Source: Methanotrichaceae archaeon (GTDB lineage Archaea; Halobacteriota; Methanosarcinia; Methanotrichales; Methanotrichaceae). Taken from it: a DNA stretch of 64,000 nucleotides. Shown one piece after another: positions 21,748-32,154 of this stretch. The notes beneath the pieces are model-generated. The model was not told the DNA's origin and did not search any database. It worked only from the letters and a program-made list of their open reading frames with translations. The DNA lies in assembly GCA_963813075.1 (NCBI GenBank), contig CAWEXU010000004.1:96001-160000 (forward strand), in the 5' to 3' direction. How positions within the stretch are numbered: the stretch's first letter is position 1; each line of letters opens with the position of its first letter. Position numbers and translations under genes: made by a program.

Positions 21748-21758
21748 GGGTGATTCGA

Positions 21759-23111
21759 ATGGCAGACAAGATCACTTTATCTGACCTGAATAAGACATTA
21801 ACAGAGATGAATGTTCAATCCCTCGAGGGACTGAAGATCGAGGGAGATGTTGAGATAGACCTGGACGTGGGTGCAGGTGGCGTAGGTCCGCTCTTTGCTT
21901 ACTACTTTGGAGAGCAGGCAGCCAAGATCGCCATGCAGCTCATGGAGTTCGCCAAGGCAGTGGGATATCCAGTACAGAACCTGATGCAGCCGGTGGCTGT
22001 CGCTCAGGCATTATCCCCGGCGCCCAAGGACATAGCAGCAGCCGCTGCCGGAGTCCCTGCCTTTAAGGTGGCAAGCGCCCTGGCCAGTGCCAAGTTTTCC
22101 GTCGGCGTTGACAAGACCTGGAAGCATCCCATCCAGGAGGTAACCCTGGGAGCTACCAAGGCAGACGGCGGAAGCCGCGGCCATGTGGTAAAGCTGGGTG
22201 GCGAGAAGGCCATGCCCTTCTTCCCGGATGCAGCAATGCCCCATGCCCCCAAGATCACCATGGATGTCTTCGACATGCCCATCGGCATGGCCAAGGCAGT
22301 CAAGATGCATTATGAGGATGTAATCAACTCCCCAGGCGAGTGGGCCAAGAAGGCAGTCAAGGAGTTCGGCGCCGATATGGTCACCGTTCACCTGATCAGC
22401 ACTGATCCCCTCCTGAAGGATACTTCCGCCCAGGATGCAGTCAAGACAGTAGAAGAGGTTCTGCAGGCTGTGGACGTGCCCATCTGCATCGGCGGATCAG
22501 GCAACCCGGACAAGGATCCAATAGTGCTCTCCAAGGCAGCTGAAGTAGCCCAGGGCGAGCGCGTTCTTATCGCTTCCGCCAACCTGAACATGGACTGGGA
22601 GAAGATCGGCAAGGCCTGTGTGGACAACGGACATGTATGCCTCGCCTGGACCCAGCTGGAGATCAACTCCCAGAAGGAGCTGAACAGAAAGCTGATGAAG
22701 GTCGCCGGCGTCCCGCGCGAGTCCATCGTCATGGACCCGACAACCGCAGCTCTCGCTTACGGCCTGGACTTCGCCTACTCCAACATGGAGAGAATCAGGC
22801 TCGGCGCTCTGAAGGGCGACGATGAGCTGACATTCCCCATGTCCTCCGGCACCACCAACGCCTGGGGTGTCAGAGAGTCCTGGATGGTTCGCTCACCAAA
22901 CAAGGACGACTCCGACTGGGGAGACAGAATGCTCAGAGGCCCGATCTGGGAGATTCTGACCGGCTACTCTCTGGCTATGGCCGGAGTGGACATCTTCATG
23001 ATGATGCATCCAACCGCGGTTGCATATCTGCATGAGATCACCCAGTCTCTGATGGGAAGAATAGACGCCAAGACGCCTGATGCCAATGCCTGGCTCAAGA
23101 TGGGGGTGTGA
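21759..23111 (+). CDS. cdhD: ACDS complex delta subunit (corrinoid Fe-S protein small subunit)
   Basis: '[20 protein letters not shown]', '[11 protein letters not shown]', '[13 protein letters not shown]'; ATG at 21759 after GGTGA RBS. Confidence 0.96.
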   Translation: MADKITLSDLNKTLTEMNVQSLEGLKIEGDVEIDLDVGAGGVGPLFAYYFGEQAAKIAMQLMEFAKAVGYPVQNLMQPVAVAQALSPAPKDIAAAAAGVPAFKVASALASAKFSVGVDKTWKHPIQEVTLGATKADGGSRGHVVKLGGEKAMPFFPDAAMPHAPKITMDVFDMPIGMAKAVKMHYEDVINSPGEWAKKAVKEFGADMVTVHLISTDPLLKDTSAQDAVKTVEEVLQAVDVPICIGGSGNPDKDPIVLSKAAEVAQGERVLIASANLNMDWEKIGKACVDNGHVCLAWTQLEINSQKELNRKLMKVAGVPRESIVMDPTTAALAYGLDFAYSNMERIRLGALKGDDELTFPMSSGTTNAWGVRESWMVRSPNKDDSDWGDRMLRGPIWEILTGYSLAMAGVDIFMMMHPTAVAYLHEITQSLMGRIDAKTPDANAWLKMGV

Positions 23112-23116
23112 GGAAA

Positions 23117-24532
23117 ATGAAGGAAACAAGCCCGCTTAACCTTTACAAGCAGCTTCCACAGACTAACTGCAAGAAGTGCGGAGAGGAGACCTGTATGGCC
23201 TTTGCCGCCGGCCTGATCGCCAGAACCCGGAAGGTAGAGGAGTGCACTCCGTTAATTGAAGAGAAGAAGTACGCCAAGAAGCTTGCTACCCTCAGAAGCA
23301 CCGTCGCTCCCGAGCTGAAGATGGTCTATGTGGGTGTCGGAGACAAGCAGGCCAAGGTAGGTGGCGAGGACGTCATGTACCGCCATCAGATGACCTTCTT
23401 CAACAAGCCGCCATTTGCCTATGATGTTGCCGACAACATGGAAGAGGCAAAGCTCATCGAGCGCGTAAAGAAGATCACCACCTGGCGAAAGTTCTACATC
23501 GGCAAGTGGCAGGGCGTGGAGATGATTGCCGTCCGGTCTGTGACCGACGATCCGGCCAAGTTCGCCGCCTGCGTCAAGACCGTCATGGCCAATGGCAATG
23601 GCTTCCCCCTCATCCTCTGCTCCTTCAACCCGGCAGTTCTCAAGGCCGGCCTGGAGGTCGCAGCCAAGGAGAAGCCACTCATCTATGCCGCAACCAAGGA
23701 CAACTGGAAGGAGGTCGCTCAGCTGGCCAATGACTACAAGGTCCCAGTCACATTGAGCGTTCCCTTCGACCTGGATGGACTCAAGTCCATGGCCGTCACC
23801 TTCGCCGAAATGGGACTGACCGACCTGGTCCTTGACCCCGGAACGGCACCCAACGGCAAGATGCTGCAGCAGACCCTCACCAACTTCATCAACCTGAGGA
23901 GAGCAGCGGTAGAAGAGGCCCAGAGGGATATCGCTTACCCGGTCATGGTTCTGCCCATCAACGCCTGGCTGACCACCGAAGACCCGGTTCGTGCTTCTTA
24001 CTGGGAGTCTGTGCTCACCGCAGCCTTCGTCATTCGCGGCGGTGCAATCATGATCAAGCACTCCCTTGAGCCGCACAGCATGATGCCCGATATGCATCTG
24101 CGCTTCAACATCTACACCGATCCCAGGACGCCTGTGCAGGTCAAGCCCGGCATCTACAAGGTCGGCAATCCAGGACCGGAGTCGCCAGTCTTCCTGACCA
24201 CCAACTTCGCCCTGACCTACTACACCGTAGAGTCGGACGTAGCCTCAAACGGCATCGATGCTTACATCATCGCCATCAACACCGATGGTATCGGAGTGCA
24301 GGCATCTGTCGCTGGTGGACAGCTGAGCCCGGTCAAGATCCAGGACTCCTTCAACGAGGCAGCCTTCGACTGGGCCGGTCAAAAGTACCCGGCCATGGTC
24401 CTGCCCGGAATGGCAGCCAAGTTCTCAGGCGAGCTGGAGGACCTCTTTGCAGGCAAGGCCAAGATCATGGTCGGCCCAGAGGACTCCGGACGCATCATCG
24501 GCTGGATGAAGGACTACTGGCCACCCAAGTAA
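23117..24532 (+). CDS. cdhE: ACDS complex gamma subunit (corrinoid Fe-S protein large subunit)
   Basis: 'LPQTNCKKCGEETCMAFA', 'NIYTDPRTP', 'TTNFALTY'. Confidence 0.96.
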   Translation: MKETSPLNLYKQLPQTNCKKCGEETCMAFAAGLIARTRKVEECTPLIEEKKYAKKLATLRSTVAPELKMVYVGVGDKQAKVGGEDVMYRHQMTFFNKPPFAYDVADNMEEAKLIERVKKITTWRKFYIGKWQGVEMIAVRSVTDDPAKFAACVKTVMANGNGFPLILCSFNPAVLKAGLEVAAKEKPLIYAATKDNWKEVAQLANDYKVPVTLSVPFDLDGLKSMAVTFAEMGLTDLVLDPGTAPNGKMLQQTLTNFINLRRAAVEEAQRDIAYPVMVLPINAWLTTEDPVRASYWESVLTAAFVIRGGAIMIKHSLEPHSMMPDMHLRFNIYTDPRTPVQVKPGIYKVGNPGPESPVFLTTNFALTYYTVESDVASNGIDAYIIAINTDGIGVQASVAGGQLSPVKIQDSFNEAAFDWAGQKYPAMVLPGMAAKFSGELEDLFAGKAKIMVGPEDSGRIIGWMKDYWPPK

Positions 24533-24555
24533 GACGGACTGAAAAAGGGTATTGC

Positions 24556-24590
24556 ATGTGCCCCATAGCGGGCACATACTCTAATTTTAT
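24556..24590 (+). terminator. Hairpin after cdhE
   Basis: ATGTGCCC-CATAGC-GGGCACAT 8-bp stem followed by a T-rich tract. Confidence 0.55.
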
Positions 24591-24635
24591 AGCTCCTTGA
24601 TCTTAGAATCGATTTCAGGAGGAAAACGATTATCT

Positions 24636-25061
24636 ATGTTATCCCTAAAATATTCCGCTTTGGGCCTGGCCCTGATCCTCTTCATTCTGGCAGGAAGCGC
24701 CCTGGCCCAGTCGTCAGTGGAACCGGTCTATTTGGGTGAATTTGATCTGCTGGCAAATAACAGCTCCGTGAATTCCAGCTCGATAAACAACAGCTCGATA
24801 AACAGCAGCATTAACAGCACCCTGATAAATAGCACAGCGGCCACCAATTCCACATCGATCGATACCGATCTTGTCAAGCCCCAAAATCTGGCTGCCTCTT
24901 CCGGCAAGGAGGTCCTTGACCTATCCGGCTATGCAAGAGACAGAGCAAACAAGAGCCTGGCCGGTTACACAAATGTCATGTATCCCATCACCGGCTCGCG
25001 GGGGACCACCACCTCTACCTCAGGAGGAGGCGGCGGTGGAGGCGGATGCGGCTGCGGATAA
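24636..25061 (+). CDS. Secreted Asn/Ser-rich protein ending in poly-Gly-CGCG
   Basis: Signal peptide ('...AGSALA-QS'), dense N-x-S/T sequons, C-terminus TSTSGGGGGGGGCGCG. Confidence 0.75.
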   Translation: MLSLKYSALGLALILFILAGSALAQSSVEPVYLGEFDLLANNSSVNSSSINNSSINSSINSTLINSTAATNSTSIDTDLVKPQNLAASSGKEVLDLSGYARDRANKSLAGYTNVMYPITGSRGTTTSTSGGGGGGGGCGCG

Positions 25062-25138
25062 AAAAAGAAATAATAAAAATTTTTTTAAACAAGGAAAGAT
25101 CTATAAACGATTAACAGGATTGGTCTATTGACTGCAAC

Positions 25139-26005
25139 ATGATACTCCCCTGCAAACACGAAACCCAGGTGACCGACCAGGTACCTAGAGCGATAGATCT
25201 TTTAATAAATATGGATAAGTCTCATCCGAATCTGCTGCTTGAACATAATATCCAGCCGATCGACTACAGGCAGGGCCTTGTTTTCAGATCAGCTGTTGAA
25301 AGCATTCGCGGCACATTTATTGCCTCTTCCACTACGAGAAGAGAAGGATTAATCGGCGACGTTTTAGAGAACATGCTTCAAAAGGGCATAGTTGTAGATT
25401 ACGAACAAACGGGCAACAGTCGAAGATACGACTTTGTAGTTATCGTCGAAAATGATCCAGACTACATCGCAGCTATAGAGGTAAAAGGCGGGGAAGGAAA
25501 TAGCATAAACATCTCAGAGCGTCCTCTCTGGGCAAAAGAGTTTTGTGTTTGGTCCCATCTGGATGGAGCTATTGTGAATCAGCCCGGACATGGTGCACAC
25601 TCCATAATAAACCGTTTAACTAATGAGCTTGTTAGACGTCATAAATTAGTTGACGCCCTATTTTTCAAAGACATCTTATGTGGGACGAGGACGAGGCCAT
25701 GTCCTAAATATTCCGATAGAATGGAGACAATTGGGCTAAACGCAGCTCCTGATGTTTTTTTGTTTCCTCAGCGTGTACCAACTCTCGAAGATCCTATGCC
25801 ACCGATTCATTCTCTTGAGACGCTAAAGCTGCCTGGGAAGATTCTAGATTTATTTGATGTAAATCCGAGTGCGAGAGAAGAGCATCTTTGGGAGGTGCAT
25901 GTTGGAGTTGAAAGAGTCTCAAATGATCGAATTCAAAGAAGGGTGACAATTTTGCATAAAGGAGAAATAATCGATGAGAGTCGATCCCGAGCATGGCGGC
26001 CTTAG
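25139..26005 (+). CDS. Putative type II restriction endonuclease (PD-(D/E)xK)
   Basis: 'RRYDFVV...IAAIEVKGG' catalytic-like motif; lower GC; directly upstream of a DNA methyltransferase. Confidence 0.65.
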   Translation: MILPCKHETQVTDQVPRAIDLLINMDKSHPNLLLEHNIQPIDYRQGLVFRSAVESIRGTFIASSTTRREGLIGDVLENMLQKGIVVDYEQTGNSRRYDFVVIVENDPDYIAAIEVKGGEGNSINISERPLWAKEFCVWSHLDGAIVNQPGHGAHSIINRLTNELVRRHKLVDALFFKDILCGTRTRPCPKYSDRMETIGLNAAPDVFLFPQRVPTLEDPMPPIHSLETLKLPGKILDLFDVNPSAREEHLWEVHVGVERVSNDRIQRRVTILHKGEIIDESRSRAWRP

Positions 26006-26015
26006 GAGGTAAACA

Positions 26016-27191
26016 GTGGCAAATAGTGCCGGGGACACAAGGCAGATAACACTGTTCGACGATGTGGAATCTTTCACTTGCTTGAATTCTCAACTGTGGA
26101 GAGGATCTTATCAGTCGCGAGAGAGCACCTTTCAGCAACTATCTCCCTATGTTGGCAAAATGAAATCAGGTATGGCAAAGGTTCTCGTTAATCTCTATTC
26201 AAAACGTGGGGATACTGTGCTTGATCCATTTTCTGGTTCAGGTGTTGTCCCTTTTGAGGCGGTTATATCCGATCGAGTTGCTTGGGCAAATGATCTTAGT
26301 CCTTATGCATATGCCATCACTCGTGGGAAGCTTGATGCTCCTGCAAGCGAGAAAAAAGCCCTTGAGAGAGTGGCGATACTTACGAGTGCGATTGAAAGCC
26401 AAGCTCCTTCGGTAGACCTTTCTTTAACCCCTCAATGGGTTAGAGAATTCTTTCATCCTGAAACTTTAAAAGAAATTTTATTGGCCTTTCGAATTTTAAA
26501 AGAAGAAAATGACTTTTTCTTGACTGCTTGTTTGCTAGGCATTTTGCATCACGTTAGGCCAGGTTTTCTTTCGTATCCTGCTAGCCATCTCGTTCCGTAT
26601 CTTAGGAAGTCAATGTACCCTCCAGAAGATTTTCCTCATATGTATTCCTATAGAGACCTTGGTTCTCGCCTGGCTGCAAAGGTAAAACGTGCCTACAGTC
26701 GATCTTTTCTTCCACTTGATTGGGAGAATAGGAAATACAAAGTCTGGAGAGTTAACTCCATGAATCTGCCCATCGATGATGAAGTGGTCGATACAATCAT
26801 ATCAAGCCCTCCTTATTTCGGAGCTCTTGATTACGCTCGCGATAATCGTCTTAGATTATGGTTTTTGGGATGCGAAGACTGGAAGGAACTGGATGCCTCG
26901 ATGACAGCAAAAACCCGAGTCTATTTGCCGCAAATGTCAAAATGCATTTCTGAGATGCACCGTGTTCTTAAGCCCGAGGGATATTGCGTGCTAGTTCTCG
27001 GCGATGTGGAGCGCGACGGGCAAATCAGGCGTACAGCAGAGATTTTGGCAGATTTAGCGAGACAGATTTGCGATGATGGTTTTTTTGTTGAGACAATTTA
27101 CGATGATATAATTCCTGACGAAAGGAGATCACGAAGGAGAACGTGCACGACAAAGTTCGAGAGAATATTGGTGATGAAAAAAGTTGGATGA
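26016..27191 (+). CDS. DNA methyltransferase, probably N4-cytosine, alpha-type motif order
   Basis: Motif I 'VLDPFSGSG' N-terminal, motif IV 'ISSPPY' C-terminal; GGAGGT RBS. Confidence 0.9.
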   Translation: MANSAGDTRQITLFDDVESFTCLNSQLWRGSYQSRESTFQQLSPYVGKMKSGMAKVLVNLYSKRGDTVLDPFSGSGVVPFEAVISDRVAWANDLSPYAYAITRGKLDAPASEKKALERVAILTSAIESQAPSVDLSLTPQWVREFFHPETLKEILLAFRILKEENDFFLTACLLGILHHVRPGFLSYPASHLVPYLRKSMYPPEDFPHMYSYRDLGSRLAAKVKRAYSRSFLPLDWENRKYKVWRVNSMNLPIDDEVVDTIISSPPYFGALDYARDNRLRLWFLGCEDWKELDASMTAKTRVYLPQMSKCISEMHRVLKPEGYCVLVLGDVERDGQIRRTAEILADLARQICDDGFFVETIYDDIIPDERRSRRRTCTTKFERILVMKKVG

Positions 27192-27197
27192 TGGCAT

Positions 27198-27896
27198 TCA
27201 GATCTTTCTGCATAAATAAAGGCCCAGAAATTCCTCTTTATGCTCCTCCCTTTCGATCACAAAGCCCGCCCTCTCGATCAGGCCGCGCATGATCCAGTCC
27301 ATGGTGGAGAATTCCTTGTTGATGTGGCTGGTCATCCTCTGGACAAATCCGGGACCTGCCTTCTCCCCGGTGCTGGTGACGAACCTCTCTATCTGCCTCT
27401 CATAGTCGCGCGGATCAAAGGAGTAGACTATGTCTCTGATGCAGAGCTTTCCTCCCGGTCGCAGCATCTCGGCCATGTTCAACAGGGCGATCTGCTTCCA
27501 GAAGTCGGGCAGGTGGTGCAGGGCTATCTGGCTGACGATGGCGTCGGGCGGCTCATTCTGGTGGTGGTAGGAGAGAAAGCCGCCGGGAAGAAAGCGGATG
27601 TTTTCGATCCCTTGCTCATGCGCTTTATTTTGGGCATAATTGAGCATCCCTGGGGATATATCGATGGCAAAAACCCGCGCGCAGCGGCGGGCGGCGGCCA
27701 GGGCAAACTCGCCCGTGCCCGTGCCCATCTCCAGCAATGTCTGGTCAGGCTCAAGGCTCAGGAAGGATAAGATCTCCTCGATCTCCCCCTGAATGTCTCT
27801 GAATCTTTGCATATTGCGGTCGTAGGATGGTGCGACGGCATCGAAATCCATGCCGGGATGGTCAGGCTCGTGATACTGCCAGGCTGGTGTGAGCAT
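27198..27896 (-). CDS. Class I SAM-dependent methyltransferase
   Basis: 'LLEMGTGTGEFA', 'ALHHLPDFWK', 'LRPGGKL'. Confidence 0.9.
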   Translation of the reverse strand: MLTPAWQYHEPDHPGMDFDAVAPSYDRNMQRFRDIQGEIEEILSFLSLEPDQTLLEMGTGTGEFALAAARRCARVFAIDISPGMLNYAQNKAHEQGIENIRFLPGGFLSYHHQNEPPDAIVSQIALHHLPDFWKQIALLNMAEMLRPGGKLCIRDIVYSFDPRDYERQIERFVTSTGEKAGPGFVQRMTSHINKEFSTMDWIMRGLIERAGFVIEREEHKEEFLGLYLCRKI

Positions 27897-28049
27897 TCTC
27901 TATAATCTCCTTTAATTAATAGTGCTCAGGCAATTATATATTTTGCGATCTTGATTGATATAACCTCTTGATCTTCAGGCTGAATCTCTGCTAAAAAAGG
28001 AGGAAATCTGTTATCCACCTATCTAATATCTCCTGACTTATTTGGATAG

Positions 28050-29543
28050 CTAAGGCCAAGTGGGACTGCTGTTGCTTGCAGGCCATATATCATTGGGGCT
28101 GTTATTGTGCACCATTTCTGTATTGCCGTTTATTGTGCCTGTATTGTATATGCCGCCTCCATTCTCATAGGCAATGTTGTGGTCTATGGAGCCGCTGATC
28201 AAATTCACAACGCCGGGATAGTGATTGTAAATGCCGCCACCTTTGCCAGAATTATCATGGATCCATCCCACGGTATTTTCTGTTATTGTGCTGTCCACTA
28301 TGGTTACTGTCCCTTCATTGAATATCCCGCCCCCAAAAGTTGGGGTGTTGCCAGATTCGCCGCCAGTTATGACGCAATCATCTATCACTATTGTCCCCTG
28401 ATTGAAAATGCCGCCGCCAGATGGGTAGATGTATCTATCGCCAAATATTTCGTAATAATAGCCACTCCCACCTATTATGGTCATGCCCGAAATGCTGGCA
28501 TTGACATCCGGGCTTACGCGAAATGTACTTCCTTCCCAATAATCCGGATGCCAATCAATATAGCTTCCGTCAATGATAGTCGCATCTTTTCCCTCTCCTG
28601 CAAAGCTCAGATCTCTGTCCACATAGATCTGTTCATGGTATATTCCTTCACCGATGCTGATTGAATCTCCGGAATCAGCGAACTTCAGCATATCGTTGAT
28701 GATGGATCTGGTGTCTCGGGATACAACTTGCCCGATTAAGGGTCCGCTCCCGGCGAGGGTGACTTTCTGACTATCTCCTGGCTTATATCTAAGATCCTCG
28801 ATTTTGGTACTATCCCCCTGTGCATTATTTATATATTGCACAGTCTCGCCAAAATGACCTTCCGTTCTACCTGAGAATTGGGCGGGAGTGGATCCCTCCT
28901 GAGTCAATGTCGTGGTTAGCCGGTATAGCCTATCGTCATCACGTCCATAGCTGGAAACTACAATATTTTCACCCGTTGCCTGAAAGACCGGGTCTTCTCC
29001 TACAGGACCAAACTGGCTTGCCTGGACGGCATTTCCATCCGTATAGGCCAGACTATGATAGCCTGTCAGCGATCCGGATACGACCTCTGTGCTTCCCCCC
29101 GCAGATAGAGCGCCGAAAGAGGCCATCGCCGAGGCTTTGATATAATCTGCACTGCCGACATCCAGCCATTCCTCTGCCAGGACCCATTCAGAGAGTTTAT
29201 TTGATGTTCCCTCTTTGGGATAAACCTGCGACTTATAGCTGATGTCAGTGCCATTGACCACCCTGGCATAAACCTCGGCATGCTTGCCGCTGTTTGTCAC
29301 CTGATGGGTCTGCTCAAAGCTTTTCACAGAGCCCTTTGATTTTACATTGGGTTTTACCTTGGCACCATCTATCGCAACAGTTCCCTGCAGGGAGGTATCC
29401 TGCGCCACATTCATGTCGATATTTACAGTCTGTGCGCTGCTGCCGTCGTCGCCTGTCACGCTCACCTCAATAGAGGCAGCGGGAATGCAGGCAGCGATAA
29501 GTGCGATTATTCCCAGTATGATCACCATATCAGATGAATTCAT
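28050..29543 (-). CDS. Secreted protein with C-terminal pectin-lyase-like beta-helix
   Basis: Signal peptide; 'GDSISIGEGIYHEQI', repeated 'GGGIFN/GGGIYN' units. Confidence 0.8.
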   Translation of the reverse strand: MNSSDMVIILGIIALIAACIPAASIEVSVTGDDGSSAQTVNIDMNVAQDTSLQGTVAIDGAKVKPNVKSKGSVKSFEQTHQVTNSGKHAEVYARVVNGTDISYKSQVYPKEGTSNKLSEWVLAEEWLDVGSADYIKASAMASFGALSAGGSTEVVSGSLTGYHSLAYTDGNAVQASQFGPVGEDPVFQATGENIVVSSYGRDDDRLYRLTTTLTQEGSTPAQFSGRTEGHFGETVQYINNAQGDSTKIEDLRYKPGDSQKVTLAGSGPLIGQVVSRDTRSIINDMLKFADSGDSISIGEGIYHEQIYVDRDLSFAGEGKDATIIDGSYIDWHPDYWEGSTFRVSPDVNASISGMTIIGGSGYYYEIFGDRYIYPSGGGIFNQGTIVIDDCVITGGESGNTPTFGGGIFNEGTVTIVDSTITENTVGWIHDNSGKGGGIYNHYPGVVNLISGSIDHNIAYENGGGIYNTGTINGNTEMVHNNSPNDIWPASNSSPTWP

Positions 29544-29811
29544 TAAGATCCCTCCAATATGCTTACTTCAATATGCTTAAAATATTATAAGATATAATCA
29601 TTATTGATATAAAAACCTTATGCTGTAAATGATTGACATCCAAAATATAGATCACAAACATCCCCTGGGAATGTATATCGCTTGTTACCGCAGTGTTACC
29701 GCAGGTTCTCTGGTTAATCCGCCAACCAGCAGATCTCAAAATGCATACAAAAATGCCGCTCAACAAAAATTAGTTATAAAATGCAGGATAGAATGTCTAA
29801 GGGGATCGAAA

Positions 29812-30246
29812 ATGCCGAAGATAGCAGTAATCTACGCCTCAGGCTTGGGAAGGACAAAGAAGATGGCAGAGGCCATTGCCAGTGGAGCCATGACCATCGA
29901 AGGAACTGATGTATTGCTGAAGGATGCCTATGATGCATCAACAGATGATATAGCTGACGCAGATGCAATCGTTCTTGGTGGCTCGACATACAACTATAAG
30001 CTGATCAAGGCGATGGATCCATTGTTAAAAGAGATGGCAAAGCTGGATTTGAAGGAGAAGGTGGGAGTGGCTTTTGGCTCGCATGGGTGGAGCGGAGAGG
30101 GAGTTGTGACCTTGATCGCGCGCATGAAATCCTTTGGGATGAAAGTCGTGGAACCAGGAACGACCGCCATACAGGTTCCCAGCAAGGAGGACATTGAGAA
30201 GTGCTTCCACCTGGGAAGGACGATCGCGACTGGACTGGCAAGCTAG
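29812..30246 (+). CDS. Flavodoxin-domain protein
   Basis: 'IYASGLGRTKKMAEAIA', 'LGGSTY', 'AFGSHGWSGEG'; ATG at 29812. Confidence 0.9.
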   Translation: MPKIAVIYASGLGRTKKMAEAIASGAMTIEGTDVLLKDAYDASTDDIADADAIVLGGSTYNYKLIKAMDPLLKEMAKLDLKEKVGVAFGSHGWSGEGVVTLIARMKSFGMKVVEPGTTAIQVPSKEDIEKCFHLGRTIATGLAS

Positions 30247-30332
30247 ACCATTAGTGGATGGGCCTTAAAAGAAAAATGAGGATTTACTGAGGCTTGGGAA
30301 AATAATCCAAAATTCCTATACTTTTTCTTCAA

Positions 30333-30587
30333 TCAGGCCTCAGGACATCCTCCTTCAATCCATTTTCCATAAAGGGGTTCGGGCACATTCTCTGCCGGGT
30401 CCTGGCAGCGATATACATAGCCGCACCATCGATGTACCTTCTTGTCAGACCCAGCCACGATCTGCTCCTGGCACCATAGCTTCAGGCCGCATCCTTCCGC
30501 CAGGCTGAGCTTCTTTATCATCTCTTCCTGGCTTGCTCCCTGGCCGAGCAGCTCTTTGAGCCTCTTCTCTGTCTCCTCCAGTGTCAT
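30333..30587 (-). CDS. Small hypothetical protein
   Basis: 84-aa ORF with plausible composition and several Cys/Trp; no recognised family. Confidence 0.6.
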   Translation of the reverse strand: MTLEETEKRLKELLGQGASQEEMIKKLSLAEGCGLKLWCQEQIVAGSDKKVHRWCGYVYRCQDPAENVPEPLYGKWIEGGCPEA

Positions 30588-30656
30588 GTCTAATAGGTAT
30601 AGGTATTATTAGATTTAAGCTTTGAGCTTCGTTGAGGATCATGGCTTTTTCAAGCA

Positions 30657-30835
30657 TCAGCATTCATCCTGGCGACATATCTCCATCATCCTCTCCAACT
30701 CCCGCGCCACCGTCGCCCCACCATCCTGCTCTGCACGGTCACCGCCAGCATCCGGCCCGCCCGCGCTCTGGAGTATTCGTCCACCTGCCAGTCCAGCCCC
30801 TGGTAGCCCACGTCCATGAGGATGAGGCCCTGGCA
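30657..30835 (-). pseudogene. Orphan diverged copy of the truA 3' end
   Basis: Encodes GLILMDVGYQGLDWQVDEYSRARAGRMLAVTVQSRM vs tru[37 protein letters not shown]. Confidence 0.9.
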
Positions 30836-30940
30836 GGCTACCGAAATCCTAGGTTCAGATGGCAAGGCTTCCGGTGCCCGCTCCACGTTGTGTGATACAA
30901 ATGGGAAATTATATCATCCATAAGCCTCAGAGATACATCT

Positions 30941-31147
30941 ATGGAGCAGATCCGCGAACTTATGGCCAAACTTTCCTCCCAACACCAGCAAGAGGTTCTG
31001 GATTTCGCCCAATACCTCGCTGAAAAAAAGAGCAGACCCAAGCGCAAAAAACTGCGGTTTGACTGGGCGGGCGGATTGGCCGAGTTCAAAGAAAATTATA
31101 CTTCTCTTGAATTGCAGAAGAAGTCCCTGGATTGGTGGGGCGATTGA
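30941..31147 (+). CDS. DUF2281-like antitoxin
   Basis: 'LSSQHQQEVLDFAQYL...KLRFDWAGGL...TSLELQKKSLDWW'; followed by a PIN-domain start. Confidence 0.8.
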   Translation: MEQIRELMAKLSSQHQQEVLDFAQYLAEKKSRPKRKKLRFDWAGGLAEFKENYTSLELQKKSLDWWGD

Positions 31148-31280
31148 GCTACCTCATCGACTCGAACGTCTGGCTGGAATTGCTTTTAAGGCAGCAGCAT
31201 GCCGATGAGGTCCACCAGTTTTGCAGATGGTTCAGTTGGACGAAATATATCTAACGGAATTCACGCTCTATTCAAAGAAA
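31144..31280 (+). pseudogene. Truncated PIN-domain (VapC-like) toxin
   Basis: TTG start overlapping the antitoxin stop: MSYLIDSNVWLELLLRQQHADEV, then frameshifted 'LDEIYLTEFTLYS' and loss of similarity. Confidence 0.75.
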
Positions 31281-31353
31281 AACGCCGGCAATGATCATGG
31301 CCGAAAAAGCAGATTATAATTGAACACGACACCCTGTTCTCCTAGCCTCGCTA

Positions 31354-32154
31354 TCACGGCGGCTTCATCGCCTTCTCCATCTCCCTGGCCACGCTCGCCC
31401 CCGCCATCCTGCTCTGCACCGTCCCTGCAATCATCCGCCCCGCCCGGGCGCAAGAATACCGGTCCACCTGCCAGTCCAAGCCCTCGTAGCCCACTTCCAT
31501 CAGGATCAGCCCCTCAGCCGGAGCAGTGGGAGCGCCGTGGTTCAATTCCGGCCGGAGCAGATCTCTAAACCAAAGCATATCCTTCTGGCCTGAGCCCACC
31601 TTTTCTGTGGCCCCCACGATCTTTCGCACCATATTCCACAGAAAGCCGTCTGCCCGGATGTCAAAGGTGAATAGGCCGTTCTTCTCAGCTATCTTTAGCT
31701 TTTGGACCGTCTTTACCGTCCCCACCTTGGCAGAGGAGAAGTTCCGAAAATCGTGCTCCCCTATGAGCATCTCCGCTGCTTCTTCCATCAGATCCATGTC
31801 CAGGTTCGGATGCCAGAGAAGATAGCGGTACTCCCGCCAGAGGGCATTCCAGCGGGCGGAAAAGCCTATGGGCGCAATGGACCAGGCCCAGGTCCAGATA
31901 TCGCGCGGCAGCCTGCCATTCACGCACCGCGGCCTGGTCAGATCGACTTTATCCTCATCTATCCAGAAGTCAATCACCTGGCCGAGAGCAGATACCCCCC
32001 GGTCCGTCCGGCCGGCATAGCAGAAGTCGCCGTGGATGACGCCTATTTGGGTCAACGCCCGCCGGACCTGGCTGTCAACAGTCACCCGGTCGGGCTGCTT
32101 TTGAAACCCATAGTAGTTGTCTCCCAGGTAGGCGAGCTTGAGGGCAACCTTCAA
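31354..32154 (-). CDS. truA: tRNA pseudouridine(38-40) synthase
   Basis: '[13 protein letters not shown]', '[13 protein letters not shown]', 'GEHDFRNF', '[11 protein letters not shown]'. Confidence 0.95.
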   Translation of the reverse strand: MKVALKLAYLGDNYYGFQKQPDRVTVDSQVRRALTQIGVIHGDFCYAGRTDRGVSALGQVIDFWIDEDKVDLTRPRCVNGRLPRDIWTWAWSIAPIGFSARWNALWREYRYLLWHPNLDMDLMEEAAEMLIGEHDFRNFSSAKVGTVKTVQKLKIAEKNGLFTFDIRADGFLWNMVRKIVGATEKVGSGQKDMLWFRDLLRPELNHGAPTAPAEGLILMEVGYEGLDWQVDRYSCARAGRMIAGTVQSRMAGASVAREMEKAMKPP

